This document shows positions 17,189-24,708 of a stretch of DNA of 26,682 bases, piece after piece. The notes below the pieces were generated by a model, which did no database searches, was not told where the DNA came from, and saw only the letters and a list, made by a program, of their open reading frames with translations. Within the stretch, counting starts at the first letter, position 1, and each line of letters begins with the position of its first letter. Location of the stretch: positions 1-26,682 of the forward strand of contig JAUNNW010000002.1 in the NCBI GenBank assembly GCA_030531285.1, in the 5' to 3' direction. Both the position numbers and the translations under genes were made by a program. Source of the DNA: Synergistaceae bacterium (lineage in GTDB: Bacteria; Synergistota; Synergistia; Synergistales; Synergistaceae).

Positions 17189-18546
17189 TAAACTTCTCTT
17201 CCCCCCACGGTTATTCCTTTGACAACCATCGATGGCTGACCGTCCGTTACGGGCACGCTCTGCCCAGATTTTCCGCAGATACCGGGATCCATGACAAGAC
17301 TACCGCCGAGTGTGCAGATATTTTTCAGCACCTCAGGACCATTTCCGGTAAGCGTTGCACCTTTCACCGGCTCTTTTATTTTACCATCTTTTATTATATA
17401 CGCTTCTGCGACATAAAACACAAAATCTCCCGTTGTCGGGTTAACTTCCCCGCCGCCCATTTTTTTGACGTAAAGTCCGTTTCGTGCAATATCGCACATC
17501 TCTTCAACGCTTTTGTGCGCCCCTGGCAGAAGGAAGGTGTTGCTCATTCTCGGAATAGGAAGTTTCCTGTACGACTGTCTCCTTCCATTTCCCGTGGCGG
17601 GATAGCCATAAAGCGAAGCAGAAAGTCTATCGGTTAGATACCCCTTCAAAATACCATTCTCAATAAGCAGCGTTGGGGAAGCCTCTGTTCCCTCATCGTC
17701 AAATTCGTAGCTGCCGTACAAACCGCCGATTGTAGGGTCATCAACCATCGTCACAAGTTCCGACGCAACCTTCTGACCTATCTGTCCTTTGAAAACAGAT
17801 GAATCCTTTTCAACTATATCCGCTTCAAGCCCGTGTCCGCACGCCTCATGAATAATCGTCCCGCCTGCTTCCCCGGCAAGGAAAACGTTCATTTTTCCGG
17901 CAGGACACGGCTTCGCTTCAAGCATCAGCATGGCACGGTCAAAAGCCTCGTTCGCAATTTCTCTTGCGACTGCCCCCTCCCAAAAAGCAGAAGGTTCGAG
18001 CGCCATGCAACGCCGCTCAGAGGCGGTTTGCAGCTGCCCGTCCTTTTCTGCAACTATCTGCGCAACAAAAGAGGTATATTTTCTGTTGCAGCCTTTTCTC
18101 AAACCACCGGGCCCGATTATAAGAATATCCTTGTCTGACTGCGAAAAGCGGAAACTTATCTGCTGTATTGCAGACGAACGACTGCGGAGCTCAGCGTCAA
18201 TATCGTGAAGAAAATCAACAGGATATTTATCTGCTGACACACTCTTTTCAAACAGTTTCTCTACTCCGCCGTCATACATTGTGCCGCATATTTCTGACGG
18301 CTCCAGTGCAGCGTTAAGCGCCTCAGCGACTGACGAAGACGAAACTCCGGTACGGTGCGCGAAAAAGCTTTTGCCGTCAACTACAACCCTTGCGCCGGTT
18401 CCTTCGGTCACTACCGAGGACAATTCGGCAATTTTTTTATCCTCATAGCGCACTGAATGGGCAACGGAAGACTGCAGATACAAATCGCAGTACTGTGCAC
18501 CTTTTTCCGTTATTTCGTCAACAATATTGTTAAAACGGTCAGCCAT
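17188..18546 (-). CDS. tldD: TldD-type metalloprotease (TldD/PmbA family)
   Basis: Zn motif HEACGH-GLEAD, DDEG, GNGRRQSY...PIPRMSNTF, GGGEVNPTTGDF, GICGKSGQSVPVTDGQP. Confidence 0.93.
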   Translation of the reverse strand: MADRFNNIVDEITEKGAQYCDLYLQSSVAHSVRYEDKKIAELSSVVTEGTGARVVVDGKSFFAHRTGVSSSSVAEALNAALEPSEICGTMYDGGVEKLFEKSVSADKYPVDFLHDIDAELRSRSSAIQQISFRFSQSDKDILIIGPGGLRKGCNRKYTSFVAQIVAEKDGQLQTASERRCMALEPSAFWEGAVAREIANEAFDRAMLMLEAKPCPAGKMNVFLAGEAGGTIIHEACGHGLEADIVEKDSSVFKGQIGQKVASELVTMVDDPTIGGLYGSYEFDDEGTEASPTLLIENGILKGYLTDRLSASLYGYPATGNGRRQSYRKLPIPRMSNTFLLPGAHKSVEEMCDIARNGLYVKKMGGGEVNPTTGDFVFYVAEAYIIKDGKIKEPVKGATLTGNGPEVLKNICTLGGSLVMDPGICGKSGQSVPVTDGQPSMVVKGITVGGREV

Positions 18547-18779
18547 TACTGTTCCTCAATCGAATCAATAGTAATATTCATACCATCAGCCTGCAAACCT
18601 CCAACAAACGATTTAACCTCATCAAGCAGATTTGCTGGGCAAATAATCGCAACCTTGCCATGAGCCGCATCGTCCGTCTGCATAAAGCCGAGACCGTCAC
18701 AGGCGTCAAGATTCCAGCTTGCATAATAAATTTCCTTTGCATCCATTGTCAAACAAACCTTCGCAACGGGAATTGTCAC
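18546..18779 (-). CDS. Small protein resembling DUF4911
   Basis: 77 aa; EIYYASWNLDACDGLGFMQTDD pattern recalled for DUF4911; coupled to mltG and tldD by overlapping codons. Confidence 0.6.
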   Translation of the reverse strand: MTIPVAKVCLTMDAKEIYYASWNLDACDGLGFMQTDDAAHGKVAIICPANLLDEVKSFVGGLQADGMNITIDSIEEQ

Positions 18780-19777
18780 CTTTTGAGGCCTCTCTGCTTC
18801 TTCAGATGCTCGCTGTAGCTTTTGCTGAAAAGATGCCTGCCGCTTCCGTCAGCGACAAAATAAAGATACTCCGTATCTCCGGCACTGCACACAGCGAGCC
18901 AGCAGTTCGCGGAGGGCACATTAATCGGTCCAGGAGGAAGTCCATCCTTTCTGTACGTATTGTACGGAGATTCTATATGCAAATCAGAGTACGTAAGTCT
19001 AGATTTTTTAACTCCCTTAAATTCCTTCCAACAATAAATAACCGTTGCGCAGGACTGCAGTCTCATCGGAGTCTTAAGTCTCTTCAGAAAAATCTCGGCA
19101 AGCGGTTTTCTGTCTTCCTTCACACGCGCCTCGCCCTCAACTATCGAAGCCATAATTCCCGTTTCAAGCAGATATTTTGCGTTAAATTTCTCAGCCGGAA
19201 TTGACTTGCCTACTTTTTCAAACCAAAGCTTCGAAGCAAAAGCTACAAGTTGCTGTTCAATTTTTTCGTTCGGTATAAGGAAATATCTTTCAGGCAAAAG
19301 AAACACTGACCTTGCCAATACTTCCTTCGGCAGAAGCGGTCTGAGTTTCTCGGGAAAATTGCCCGCATCCGCAAGCGCATTTTTAAGTTTTTCAAGGCTC
19401 AAACCGTTGCTTTCCGTAATTTCAGCCGGAGTTTTGCCCGGAATAATCGAAACGTCGCAGAATTCAGGTCTTGCGTTTTTAAGCTGACAAGCCACGGTAA
19501 AGATGCTCCCTGGCACTATCCTGCACATCCCCGGCTGAATTGTCTTGTCGCTGCCGCTGAGCGCAAGCCATACGCGCATAGTCTTTTCAAAAAGGATAAC
19601 ATCCTTCTGCTTCAGTGTATGAACAAGCAACTGCGTGCTGCAGCCTCTGCGCACGTTCACGGGAACAGGCTTAAGTTCCAATCTGTAAAGCTGCGGATAA
19701 GTCTGCGGAATATACCGGCACAGCGCAAAAAGGAAAAACAGCGCCGCCGCATAAATCAGCACCTCAAGTCTTTTCAT
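18776..19777 (-). CDS. mltG: Endolytic transglycosylase MltG (YceG)
   Basis: N-terminal TM, ASIVEGEA (catalytic Glu position), RLQSCATVIY, SPYNTY...GLPPGPI, YLYFV, HLFSKSYSEH. Confidence 0.93.
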   Translation of the reverse strand: MKRLEVLIYAAALFFLFALCRYIPQTYPQLYRLELKPVPVNVRRGCSTQLLVHTLKQKDVILFEKTMRVWLALSGSDKTIQPGMCRIVPGSIFTVACQLKNARPEFCDVSIIPGKTPAEITESNGLSLEKLKNALADAGNFPEKLRPLLPKEVLARSVFLLPERYFLIPNEKIEQQLVAFASKLWFEKVGKSIPAEKFNAKYLLETGIMASIVEGEARVKEDRKPLAEIFLKRLKTPMRLQSCATVIYCWKEFKGVKKSRLTYSDLHIESPYNTYRKDGLPPGPINVPSANCWLAVCSAGDTEYLYFVADGSGRHLFSKSYSEHLKKQRGLKR

Positions 19778-19818
19778 AGCCCATATCCTTTCGCAATCTG
19801 CATTAATTATACATTGAT

Positions 19819-19846
19819 TTTACAAATGACGAAATAGGATTATAAT
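19819..19846 (+). promoter_or_regulatory. Probable sigma70 promoter of serA
   Basis: TTTACA (19819-19824), 16 nt spacer, TATAAT (19841-19846), in the AT-rich divergent mltG/serA gap. Confidence 0.55.
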
Positions 19847-19932
19847 TTACTGACTGATTAAATTTGCACGCGCGGCATTTGCGCTGCGCTCCAGAATTTC
19901 AGCAGAACACGACAAAATCCGGAGTGAACGGC

Positions 19933-21585
19933 ATGACTGAAAAGAAATTCAAAATACTTGTAACGGAAAAAGTGGGTCAGTCCGGGCTTGACCTTCTCAA
20001 AGAGGCACCGGACGTTGATCTTGAAATTAACATGACGCTGACCCACGAGCAGCTTCTTGAAGGGCTCGCCGACGTTGACGGAATACTCACACGCAGCGGA
20101 ACCTCAATGACCTCAGAAGAAATTGAAGCAGCACCGAAACTTAAAGTCATTGGCAGAGCGGGTGTCGGTGTTGACAACATAAACATATCCGAAGCCACAC
20201 GGCGTGGAATTATAGTCGTCAACGCACCCACCGGAAACACATTAGCCGCCACTGAACTGACAATGGCGAATATGCTCGCAATGATCCGCAAAGTCCCACA
20301 GGCGCACAACTCAATCCACAAAGGCGAATGGAAACGCAGCCTCTTTACCGGAATGCAGCTTCACGGCAAAAAACTTCTGATAATCGGACTGGGCAGAATA
20401 GGCTCGCAAATTGCGAAACGCTGCCGCGCATTCGGAATGGACGTCTACGCCTACGACCCATACATTTCAAACATAAAAGCGGAATCTCTTAAAGTCACCC
20501 TGCTCAAAGACCTTCCGGAAGCGCTATCTTTTGCCGACGTCGTCACCATACATACACCGCTCAATACCGAAACAAAAAATATGTTCAGCCGTGAAATGCT
20601 TGCGAAACTTAAACAGGGCGCATATCTCATAAACTGCGCACGCGGCGGCATTGTCGATGAAAAAGCAGTCACTGAGGCCATCAGAGAAGGGCACATAGCC
20701 GGATTTGCAACAGACGTCTACGCAAAAGAACCGCTCACGCCGGACCACCCGTTCCTTGCGAAAGATATAGCCGACAAGGTTGTCGTAACGCCTCACATAG
20801 GAGCAAACACCTTTGAAGCTCAGCTTGAAGTATCAAAAATAGCGGCTGAAAATATGCTTGCCGTACTCAGAGGCAAGCCGTATCTCTACGCGGTCAATCT
20901 GCCGTTTATGATACAGAACCTCAGCGATGACCAAAAAAAATATCTTGAACTGTCCGAAAAAATCGGAAAACTCTCTGCAAAACTTGCAGAAGCCTACGGA
21001 AGCGCTGTACGCAGCATAGACATAACCTACAGAGGAAGCGTATTCGGCGATGACACTCCGCTCGGACCTAATCAGTACCGTCCCTACACGATAGCAATGC
21101 TCAAGGGGCTGCTTGAAGTCAGTCAGGGAGAAGAAATATCCTACATGCTTGCACCGATATCCGCAAAAGACAGAGGAATAGACATCAGCGAACAGTTCGG
21201 CGAGCACAGCACGTATAACAACCTTATCGAAATCACGCTTGAAACCGACCAAAAACCGATACAGATAGCCGGAACGATCACCGAAGAAGGCAAACAGCGC
21301 ATAGTCCGCATCAACGACGACTGGATAGACTTCGTGCCGGAAGGACGACTGATACTTTTTAGAAACTACGACAGACCTGGCGTTATAGGAAACGTAGGAA
21401 GCATACTAGTTGAAACCGGAGTCAATATCGCAAGTTTTGCGCTCAGAAGAAAAGACATTGACGACGGCTTTGCTTTCGCAGTACTCCAGGTTGACGACGA
21501 CGTCACACCCCAACTTCTCCAAAAGCTCAGCGCTCTTGAAAACGTAATATGGGCAATATCCGTTGACTTGAGAGAACAGATATAA
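19933..21585 (+). CDS. serA: D-3-phosphoglycerate dehydrogenase, long form with ASB and ACT domains
   Basis: IGRAGVGVDNI, NAPTGNT, Rossmann IIGLGRIG, INCARGGIVDE, TPHIGANT, C-terminal ACT (DRPGVIGNVGSIL). GGAG precedes ATG 19933. Confidence 0.93.
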   Translation: MTEKKFKILVTEKVGQSGLDLLKEAPDVDLEINMTLTHEQLLEGLADVDGILTRSGTSMTSEEIEAAPKLKVIGRAGVGVDNINISEATRRGIIVVNAPTGNTLAATELTMANMLAMIRKVPQAHNSIHKGEWKRSLFTGMQLHGKKLLIIGLGRIGSQIAKRCRAFGMDVYAYDPYISNIKAESLKVTLLKDLPEALSFADVVTIHTPLNTETKNMFSREMLAKLKQGAYLINCARGGIVDEKAVTEAIREGHIAGFATDVYAKEPLTPDHPFLAKDIADKVVVTPHIGANTFEAQLEVSKIAAENMLAVLRGKPYLYAVNLPFMIQNLSDDQKKYLELSEKIGKLSAKLAEAYGSAVRSIDITYRGSVFGDDTPLGPNQYRPYTIAMLKGLLEVSQGEEISYMLAPISAKDRGIDISEQFGEHSTYNNLIEITLETDQKPIQIAGTITEEGKQRIVRINDDWIDFVPEGRLILFRNYDRPGVIGNVGSILVETGVNIASFALRRKDIDDGFAFAVLQVDDDVTPQLLQKLSALENVIWAISVDLREQI

Positions 21586-21588
21586 AGC

Positions 21589-21620
21589 AAGCGGGAGACT
21601 GAAATCAGTTTCCCGCTTTT
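21589..21620 (+). terminator. Intrinsic terminator of serA
   Basis: AAGCGGGAGACTGA / TCAGTTTCCCGCTT stem with one G-U pair, followed by T's, 3 nt after the stop. Confidence 0.8.
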
Positions 21621-21634
21621 GTATATTTACCGTT

Positions 21635-21667
21635 AAAAGAACAGGGCTGAATTTGTCATTCAACCCG
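21635..21667 (-). terminator. Intrinsic terminator of the converging minus-strand unit
   Basis: Minus strand GGGTTGAAT-gacaa-ATTCAGCCC-TGTTCTTTT. Confidence 0.65.
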
Positions 21668-21717
21668 CTGTTTGTATATTAAAACTTTTTGCTAACCGTT
21701 TGGTGTTTTCAGTTTGC

Positions 21718-22494
21718 TTATTCGTATATTTCCACAAGGAAACCGCGTTCGACTGCCTCTCGGAGTGACATTCTTTTCGGCGCGCCGAATCGCTTTTCTT
21801 TGCCGTCTTTTATCAGTATAATTGTGTTTGTGTCCGGCTCCGCAAGAGGGTAATTTGCTATTTTACAGACGAGTTCTTTGAGTTGAGCGTTAGGCTGATC
21901 AAGAATTTTGTCGAGCAGGCGTTTTCCGCTTCTGTTTTCTTTGTAAATGTGCGCTCCTTCGAGCAGATAGTATTCAATTTCTTTCAGGTCTTCTTCTTCC
22001 GTCTGCCAGCCATTATTACGCACCACGACAAGTTTTTTGGCAAGCGCTTTGTCAAGGTAGTCCGTCCAAATCAGTTTTGGTCTCGTGTATTCGTAAGCAA
22101 GCAGATCCAAAACCGTCCCACCTCCGGCAATGGGCAGGCTGTTTCTGCCTTCGCAGAGCTTTTTCAGACTGCTTTGCAGCCTTTTTACCTGACGAAGTGC
22201 TTTTTCACGCTCAAAATACCACGCCATCAAACTGTCAGACGTAAAATAATTTTTCCATATCCAGTAGTTTTCTTCGTTGATTATGACGTCGGTAAATATT
22301 CCGTTTTGCCGCCCCGGCACATGGAATATTTGATAACGTCCCGCATATTCAAGCGCACGGAGAAAGTCAAATACACTGAAAATAAACGGCATTTTACAGC
22401 TGTTGACGAGGATTGAAACAAGCGCATATTCCGCGCCTGCTGCTTCGCTTTTTATGATTTCCGCACGAAGCTGTATTTTGTCAGGCTTAAACAT
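21718..22494 (-). CDS. Hypothetical protein, possible degenerate ankyrin-like segment
   Basis: 258-aa ORF with TAATG coupling to the upstream gene. IEYYLLEGAHIYKENRSGKRLLD loosely fits the ankyrin consensus. Confidence 0.6.
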   Translation of the reverse strand: MFKPDKIQLRAEIIKSEAAGAEYALVSILVNSCKMPFIFSVFDFLRALEYAGRYQIFHVPGRQNGIFTDVIINEENYWIWKNYFTSDSLMAWYFEREKALRQVKRLQSSLKKLCEGRNSLPIAGGGTVLDLLAYEYTRPKLIWTDYLDKALAKKLVVVRNNGWQTEEEDLKEIEYYLLEGAHIYKENRSGKRLLDKILDQPNAQLKELVCKIANYPLAEPDTNTIILIKDGKEKRFGAPKRMSLREAVERGFLVEIYE

Positions 22495-23141
22495 TACTCT
22501 CCGTTCACCGTTGCGTCAAAGATTTTCTGAAGTATGTCCGAAACTTCTGAGACAAGCTCCGCAATCTTTTCAAGTCCCTCGTTCATTCTGATTTGATAAC
22601 TTCCTGCAAGTTCAGGGGCAGAAACATGCGGAAGGTTCATGTACACGTTGTATGATGCGGATTTAGCCGCCGCTTCCGCCATAAGCGCGGCTGTTCCGGC
22701 ATCGCTTACCGCCCCTGGGTTTCCGCAGCGCGCGGCGGAGAGTGAAAGTTCAGCCGTTTGTACGCAGGCGTCTATCATTTTGAGCGGCACTTCCGTTGAG
22801 AGCCTTATCGCGTCTTGCATAGCCGCTTTTCTTGCGCGTTTTTCAAGTTCCGTTTCTTTTTTCATACGCAGCGCTGACATATAGAGGTTGAACGCATCAA
22901 TATCTTCCTGCATTAATTTCAGAAATTTTTCGCGCAGTTCTTTCGTTTCCGCGACAAGTTGCCGCATAAGATGCTCCTGTTCGGTAAATTTTTCTTTTCC
23001 AACGGTTAGATTGGCAACCATTGAGACAAGAGAGGCCGCCAAAGCTCCACACACCGCGGAGGCGCTTCCGCCTCCCGGTGCCGGCGAATTTGACGCAAGA
23101 TTTTCAAGGAAGGTTTTTATTTCAGCATTTTTAAAATCCAT
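22494..23141 (-). CDS. Formiminotetrahydrofolate cyclodeaminase / cyclohydrolase family protein (FTCD_C)
   Basis: FLENLASNSPAPGGGSASAVCGALAASLVSMVANLT, DIDAFN, GNPGAVSDAG, NVYMNL. GGAG precedes ATG 23141. Confidence 0.9.
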   Translation of the reverse strand: MDFKNAEIKTFLENLASNSPAPGGGSASAVCGALAASLVSMVANLTVGKEKFTEQEHLMRQLVAETKELREKFLKLMQEDIDAFNLYMSALRMKKETELEKRARKAAMQDAIRLSTEVPLKMIDACVQTAELSLSAARCGNPGAVSDAGTAALMAEAAAKSASYNVYMNLPHVSAPELAGSYQIRMNEGLEKIAELVSEVSDILQKIFDATVNGE

Positions 23142-23154
23142 TTCCAGCGCTCCG

Positions 23155-23412
23155 TTACGCATCGCATTTGATTATTCCAAGTTTTTCCGCAACTTCATTG
23201 CCGTATCCCGGATTTTCGCGGAAGGCGTTGCGTATCCGGCTCAGCCAAATTCCGTCTGCGTATTCGTCGTCAAGAAAATCATACATATACTGCGGGTCCC
23301 CGCTTGTGAGATAACATTCATCAAGGAATATGTCGTAGAAATTCATGAGCAGATATGCAAGCTGTTCCTTGTTTTGGCAGATTTCCCTTATTTTGTCGAT
23401 GTTTTTTTTCAT
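23155..23412 (-). CDS. Hypothetical acidic protein, 85 aa
   Basis: AAAGGAG RBS before the ATG; stop 13 nt before the cyclodeaminase start; no recognised motif. Confidence 0.7.
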   Translation of the reverse strand: MKKNIDKIREICQNKEQLAYLLMNFYDIFLDECYLTSGDPQYMYDFLDDEYADGIWLSRIRNAFRENPGYGNEVAEKLGIIKCDA

Positions 23413-23510
23413 GTGCTTTTCTCTCCTTTACTGAATTAGCGTAGCGTCACCAAACCTTACGGGAAACAACTGGTATCGTAATTGGTGAACCAAACCTGAC
23501 ATATAGTTCA

Positions 23511-23540
23511 TAATAAGCGAGCCATCAGGCTCGCTTATTA
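23511..23540. repeat. Perfect 13-bp inverted repeat (operator or bidirectional terminator)
   Basis: TAATAAGCGAGCC-atca-GGCTCGCTTATTA. Confidence 0.85.
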
Positions 23541-23554
23541 TACCACCGTTCGGA

Positions 23555-23737
23555 CTATCTTATATAGTCGATAAGTTCGTCCATGAGATCTTTTGTGTGA
23601 TTGAAGATGAGCCATGCCTTTTCAGCATATTCTTTCGGATCTTCTTCGAGACCGAAATCTGAATAGCATTTTTCAAATGCTTCCATCAGTGCCTGAATGA
23701 GCAAAAGTCTCTGTTCAATCCAGTATCTCTTTTCCAT
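23555..23737 (-). CDS. Hypothetical protein, 60 aa (paralog family A, copy 1)
   Basis: AAAGGAG RBS before ATG 23737; clear similarity to 25564..25767. Confidence 0.8.
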   Translation of the reverse strand: MEKRYWIEQRLLLIQALMEAFEKCYSDFGLEEDPKEYAEKAWLIFNHTKDLMDELIDYIR

Positions 23738-23805
23738 GGTATTCTCTCCTTTCAATAAAATTCGCATTGCTGCGTCAGGAGAGAATTTTAATAATTTCAT
23801 TATAC

Positions 23806-23836
23806 AAAAAAAGCAACCGGCTATGCCGGGTACTTT
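23806..23836 (-). terminator. Intrinsic terminator after the XRE gene
   Basis: Minus strand AGTAcCCGGC-ata-GCCGGtTGCT, then a T7 run. Confidence 0.7.
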
Positions 23837-23844
23837 TCTATAAA

Positions 23845-24348
23845 CTATTTAACTGTTTTCTTAGGGATAATGCCATACTTTCTGATAAACTCTCTTGCAG
23901 AATCAAGGTCTGAATTTTCTATCTTAACAACAGAAGAATTTTCGGAATAAACCACAAAAAAGTATCTGCTTCTTCTATCTATATATAGAATTCTCGCCTC
24001 ACCTTTATCGTCATACTTACCTTTCCCGTTTTTGTAAAAATCGTCAGACAGAACAAACGACTTTCTTGTGTCATACAAAATCCCCTTGTGCATTTTTATC
24101 ACATCAGTCTCATGGGGATTGTCTCCACGAATAGTACTTACAGGAATTCCGGAATCAGATAACCGGAAATAAGCTTCAACGCCTATCTTCTCCAAAAGCC
24201 CAAAGAAATCATCCGCCCTTAATGAGTTGTGCAAAAGCTTCTGATTTATATTCTGTGCGCTTGTGCCTATTTTTTCTGCAAGTTCACGCTGAGAAATATT
24301 CTGCATTTCGAGAGCGTTAAGCAATACATCTGAACTCTTAATGGTCAC
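23845..24348 (-). CDS. XRE/Cro-type helix-turn-helix regulator with an extra C-terminal domain
   Basis: GGAGGTG RBS then GTG 24348. LLNALEMQNISQRELAEKIGTSAQNINQKL is an XRE HTH; about 95-aa C-terminal domain with GILYDT...LYID...YFF. Confidence 0.85.
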   Translation of the reverse strand: MTIKSSDVLLNALEMQNISQRELAEKIGTSAQNINQKLLHNSLRADDFFGLLEKIGVEAYFRLSDSGIPVSTIRGDNPHETDVIKMHKGILYDTRKSFVLSDDFYKNGKGKYDDKGEARILYIDRRSRYFFVVYSENSSVVKIENSDLDSAREFIRKYGIIPKKTVK

Positions 24349-24373
24349 TGTTTCACCTCCAGTTACTACTATG

Positions 24374-24402
24374 ATTCTACCAAAACTATATACAAATATC
24401 AA
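24374..24402 (-). promoter_or_regulatory. Sigma70-type promoter of the XRE gene
   Basis: Minus strand TTGATA (24402-24397), 17 nt spacer, TGg-TAGAAT (24379-24374). Confidence 0.75.
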
Positions 24403-24416
24403 GTGTTTTATTTATA

Positions 24417-24451
24417 TTAAAAATGCTTCTTCAACGAAACGAAGAAGCATT
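24417..24451 (-). terminator. Intrinsic terminator closing the small-gene operon
   Basis: AATGCTTCTTC (24422-24432) / GAAGAAGCATT (24441-24451), with a U run on the minus strand. Confidence 0.75.
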
Positions 24452-24478
24452 ATAAATTCTACGTTTACATCCACTTAC

Positions 24479-24694
24479 TCAAAAAACAAATTCTGTTGTG
24501 CTTATAAAAAACATGCATATTTTGAATATAACAAAAAGAACATACAGGCAAAAAATGCCAAATACAGAACACATTGGAATGCATATACAATTTCCAAAGT
24601 GAACTTTAAGCAGATGATACATATACATTCCTGATATTATCATAAACACAAGAGCAAACGCTGCGCACAAAAGAATAATCAATGAAAGTACCAT
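24479..24694 (-). CDS. Small membrane protein with two hydrophobic segments (71 aa)
   Basis: GAGGTG RBS right after the upstream stop, ATG 24694; MVLSLIILLCAAFALVFMIISG and ICIPMCSVFGIFCLYVLFVIF. Confidence 0.6.
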   Translation of the reverse strand: MVLSLIILLCAAFALVFMIISGMYMYHLLKVHFGNCICIPMCSVFGIFCLYVLFVIFKICMFFISTTEFVF

Positions 24695-24708
24695 AAGCAA
24701 CACCTCTA

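Noticed and set aside
17077-17637. 186-aa plus-strand ORF across the tldD/ftsK junction, and the other short antisense or alternate-frame ORFs in the track
   Set aside because: All lie within strongly supported genes and show no motifs; expected by chance.
19864-19932. 23-aa N-terminal extension of SerA given by the ORF track
   Set aside because: TTG start without an RBS. ATG 19933 has GGAG at proper spacing and matches the usual SerA start.
21618-21680. TTTGTATATT direct repeat (21618-21627, 21671-21680), with a 9-nt match in the XRE promoter spacer, as a target-site duplication
   Set aside because: AT-rich 10-mer adjoining terminator tails. It flanks only a 43-nt hairpin, and chance occurrence is plausible.
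2065-23409. A8/T8 homopolymers (e.g. 2065-2072, 4650-4657, 5720-5727, 17138-17145, 20933-20940, 23402-23409) as phase-variation sites
   Set aside because: They are short, occur in housekeeping genes as Lys-codon runs, and all frames are intact.
22888-23439. 183-aa plus-strand ORF
   Set aside because: Antisense to two better-supported minus-strand genes that have RBSs and a recognised domain.
23413-23554. Known riboswitch (THF, ZTP, c-di-GMP), tRNA or dif site at the island boundary
   Set aside because: No match to the consensus features as I recall them; kept only as an unassigned candidate.
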